Assembly (NCBI RefSeq): GCF_020745735.1
Contig: NC_083409.1
Location: forward strand, 9,475,534 to 9,539,533
DNA: 64,000 nt
Origin: Hemiscyllium ocellatum
Taxonomy: Eukaryota
Direction: 5' to 3'
A program made the position numbers and the translations under genes. A model generated the notes under the pieces. That model was not told the DNA's origin. It made no database searches and worked only from the letters and a program-made list of their open reading frames with translations. This document shows positions 61,650-64,000 of the stretch, piece by piece (within the stretch, counting starts at the first letter, position 1; each line of letters opens with the position of its first letter).

Positions 61650-62065
61650 TATTCGGTCTGTACTTGATGGAGTTTGGAAGGATGAGGGGCAATCTCAGTG
61701 AAATATACTGTATACTGAGAGGCCTGGATAGAGTAGACATGGAGAAGATGTTTCCACTTGGCAGAGAGACTGAGGGCACAGCCTCAGAGTGAAGGGACCA
61801 TCCTTTGGAACTGAGATGAGGAGGAGATTTTTCCTCCAGAGAGTGGTTAATCTGTGGATTAATCATTGCTGCAGAATGCTGTGGAGGCCAAGTCATTGAG
61901 TGTATTTAAGACAGAGATAGATGGATTCTTGATTGGTAAAGGGATCAAGGGTAATGGAGAAAAGGCAGGAGATTGGGGTTGGCAAACAAATCAATTATGA
62001 TCGAATGGCAGAGCAGACGTGATGGGCCGAATGGCCTAACTCTGCACTGATACATGGTCTTTAAA
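61650..62065 (+). mobile_element. CR1 3' fragment
   Basis: EFGRMRGNL...GLDRVDMEKMFP; GGGCCGAATGGCCT tail. Confidence 0.75.
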
Positions 62066-62099
62066 AGATACACATAGGCGTCCCAGATTAATCGAACAT

Positions 62100-62990
62100 G
62101 ATATGGATGTAGGTTATTCAGACCCAATAAAACAAAATCCATTTTGATTTAAACCAGAGAAACAAGTCAAAGTAACAAATGAAGCTCAATACTTGTTGGA
62201 GAATCAATTGATTGAATTGTCAGCGTAATTGGAGTTCTCTTGTGTAGGATTGAGCAAAAGTCACTATCATCTAAAACCCTGGATTTTTGGTAAAAAATGG
62301 CTGCCTGGAACTATTGTTCTGCCTGGAATTCCAGTTCACACTTCAACTCTGAAAGGGACACCAACCAGAACACATTCTCTTGACTGAAACTAATTTTTAC
62401 AACCTCGGCCTACTAACACACACTACCAACAAGCAGCTTTAGAACCAAGAACCACAGAGGCCAAACAGAGAATCTGAATCCAGACACCAAACCAAGAGCA
62501 TCATCGTAACAAAGGACACCCGAGAGCAGGAACACCAACCAAACGCTAGAACAAGAGCTTCCAGACACAGGCCTGTTCTGAATAAACACAGAGATTCTTT
62601 TGCCCTGAAACACCTGTCTATTGCCTTCTTAATTTCACAGTTTTAAATCAGCCCATTTGTGGAACCAGGGATCTGGGGGTGATTCAAACCACCTAAAAAT
62701 CAGCAAATTACTGATCACAAACAAGAGAGGGTGCCCTGATTGAACTGTTAAGAGTAGTTGGAGTTCTCTTGTTTGGTGACTCAGCCAGATGTTTCAATTC
62801 GATTCTGTGTACACTACAGGAAAGTGAATGTAGTCACAAAGATGGATTTGTATCCTATTCCCAGGTCAGAAGATTGCATTGAAATGGTGGGTAGTGCGTC
62901 ATTCCTATCGAAAATTGATTTGATGAAAGTATATTGATAAGTATCGCTGACAAAAGCTGACAAGGAAATTTCTGCCTTTGCTGCATTCTG
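62100..62990 (+). mobile_element. Gypsy (Gmr1-like) RT remnant with internal about 490-bp insert
   Basis: ...LNPEKQ...YLLENQLIE, then RFCVHYRKVNVVTKMDLYPIPRSEDCIEMVGSASFLSKIDL. Confidence 0.7.
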
Positions 62991-63019
62991 GATCTTTGTA
63001 CACAAAGGAAAACTCAAAT

Positions 63020-63925
63020 CCATTTGAAACATGTTGGGACGTCAGGGTATAGACTGAGGGCAGAACTGAAGAAAATTAGTTTTATTCGGGAAATGATTTT
63101 GGAAAATTTATGGGATTAAAGTTTGATAATTGCCCAAAAAACTTTGGGAACATTGGTGTTCAAGATTCTATTGATTCTGGAACTTTCCCAGTGACTGGAG
63201 AGTTGCGAATGTAACATCACTGTTTAAAATGGGAGGGAGAGAGGAAAGTGGGCAACCTGGACCAGTCAGCCTGACATTGGTACTGGGAAAAATACTCAAG
63301 TTCGTTGTGAAAGGTTTAATCACTGAGCACGTGGAAGACAGTGACAGGATTAGACAGAGTCAGCATGGTTTGTGAAAGGGAAATCATGCTTAACAAATTG
63401 ACTGGAATTGTTCGAGGATGTAATGAGCGGATTTGACAAGTGGGAGCCAACGGATGTGGTTTATCTGGAACCTTCAGAAGGCTTTTATTAAGTCCCACAG
63501 TAGAAATGAGCGTATAAAAGTAAGACTCATGTGACTGGGGGCAGTGTACTGACATGAATAGAGAACTGGTTGGCAGGCTGGAAACAAAGAGTAAAAATAA
63601 ACAGACCTTTTTCTGAAAGGGTACCACAGGCCTGGATCCAGCTAGTCACATATTTGCTCATGATTTAGATGAGGGAACTTAAGAGTAATATCTCCAAGGT
63701 TGCAGATGACACAAAGCTGGGTGGGAGGGGGAGCTGTGAAGAAGATGCAGAGATGCCTGTGACCGTGTATACCAGTCACTGAAAGTCAGCGTGCAGGTGC
63801 AGCAGGCAGTGCAGAAGGTAAATGATATGTTACCTTTATAGTGAGAGGATTTGAGTACAGGAACAGGGATGTCTTGCTGTAATTGTATGGGGCCTTAGTG
63901 AGTCCACACCTGGAATATTCAAACC
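63020..63925 (+). mobile_element. Decayed CR1 RT fragment
   Basis: NVTSLFK...RQSQHG..KGKSCLT...KVADDTKLGG...LVSPHLEY. Confidence 0.75.
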
Positions 63926-64000
63926 AAAACTGGTTCAGTGACAGGAGACAGAGGGTGGAGGCAGAAATTTGTTTATGTGACTGGGCCCAGTGTGCAGTGG

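Noticed and set aside
27-63627. The many short ORFs in the supplied track as host genes, and any CRISPR, rRNA or prokaryotic system
   Set aside because: Nearly all ORFs are sense or antisense frames of retroelements or low-complexity DNA. The sequence is vertebrate, with no spacer-repeat array or rRNA similarity seen.

Overview
Repeat-dense cartilaginous-fish (shark) genomic DNA containing part of a kappa-type (NS4/type III-like) immunoglobulin light-chain multicluster locus. One unrearranged L-V-J-C cluster lies on the minus strand: leader 39543-39495, V 39308-39013 with a 12-RSS, J 38501-38467 with a 23-RSS, and C 23979-23677. It looks pseudogenised at almost every cis step: variant octamer, TACAGTG V heptamer, in-frame TAA in J, GC splice donor, and a 26-nt frameshifting deletion in C that removes the second Ig Cys. 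A second C exon (9286-9608, +) has an open frame with a 2-codon deletion and faces the first tail-to-tail; its V and J are not in the window. A young full-length L1 (14-bp TSD, intact ORF1, one nonsense codon in ORF2, 5' YY1-like motif) sits antisense in the J-C intron. An older full-length L1 sits antisense upstream of the other C. The rest is nested CR1, L2-like, HE1/Deu-type SINE, Penelope-like (several with hammerhead-ribozyme-like cores) and Gmr1-like Gypsy remnants. Most repeat boundaries are approximate hand estimates; Ig segment, RSS, TSD and motif coordinates were counted base by base.
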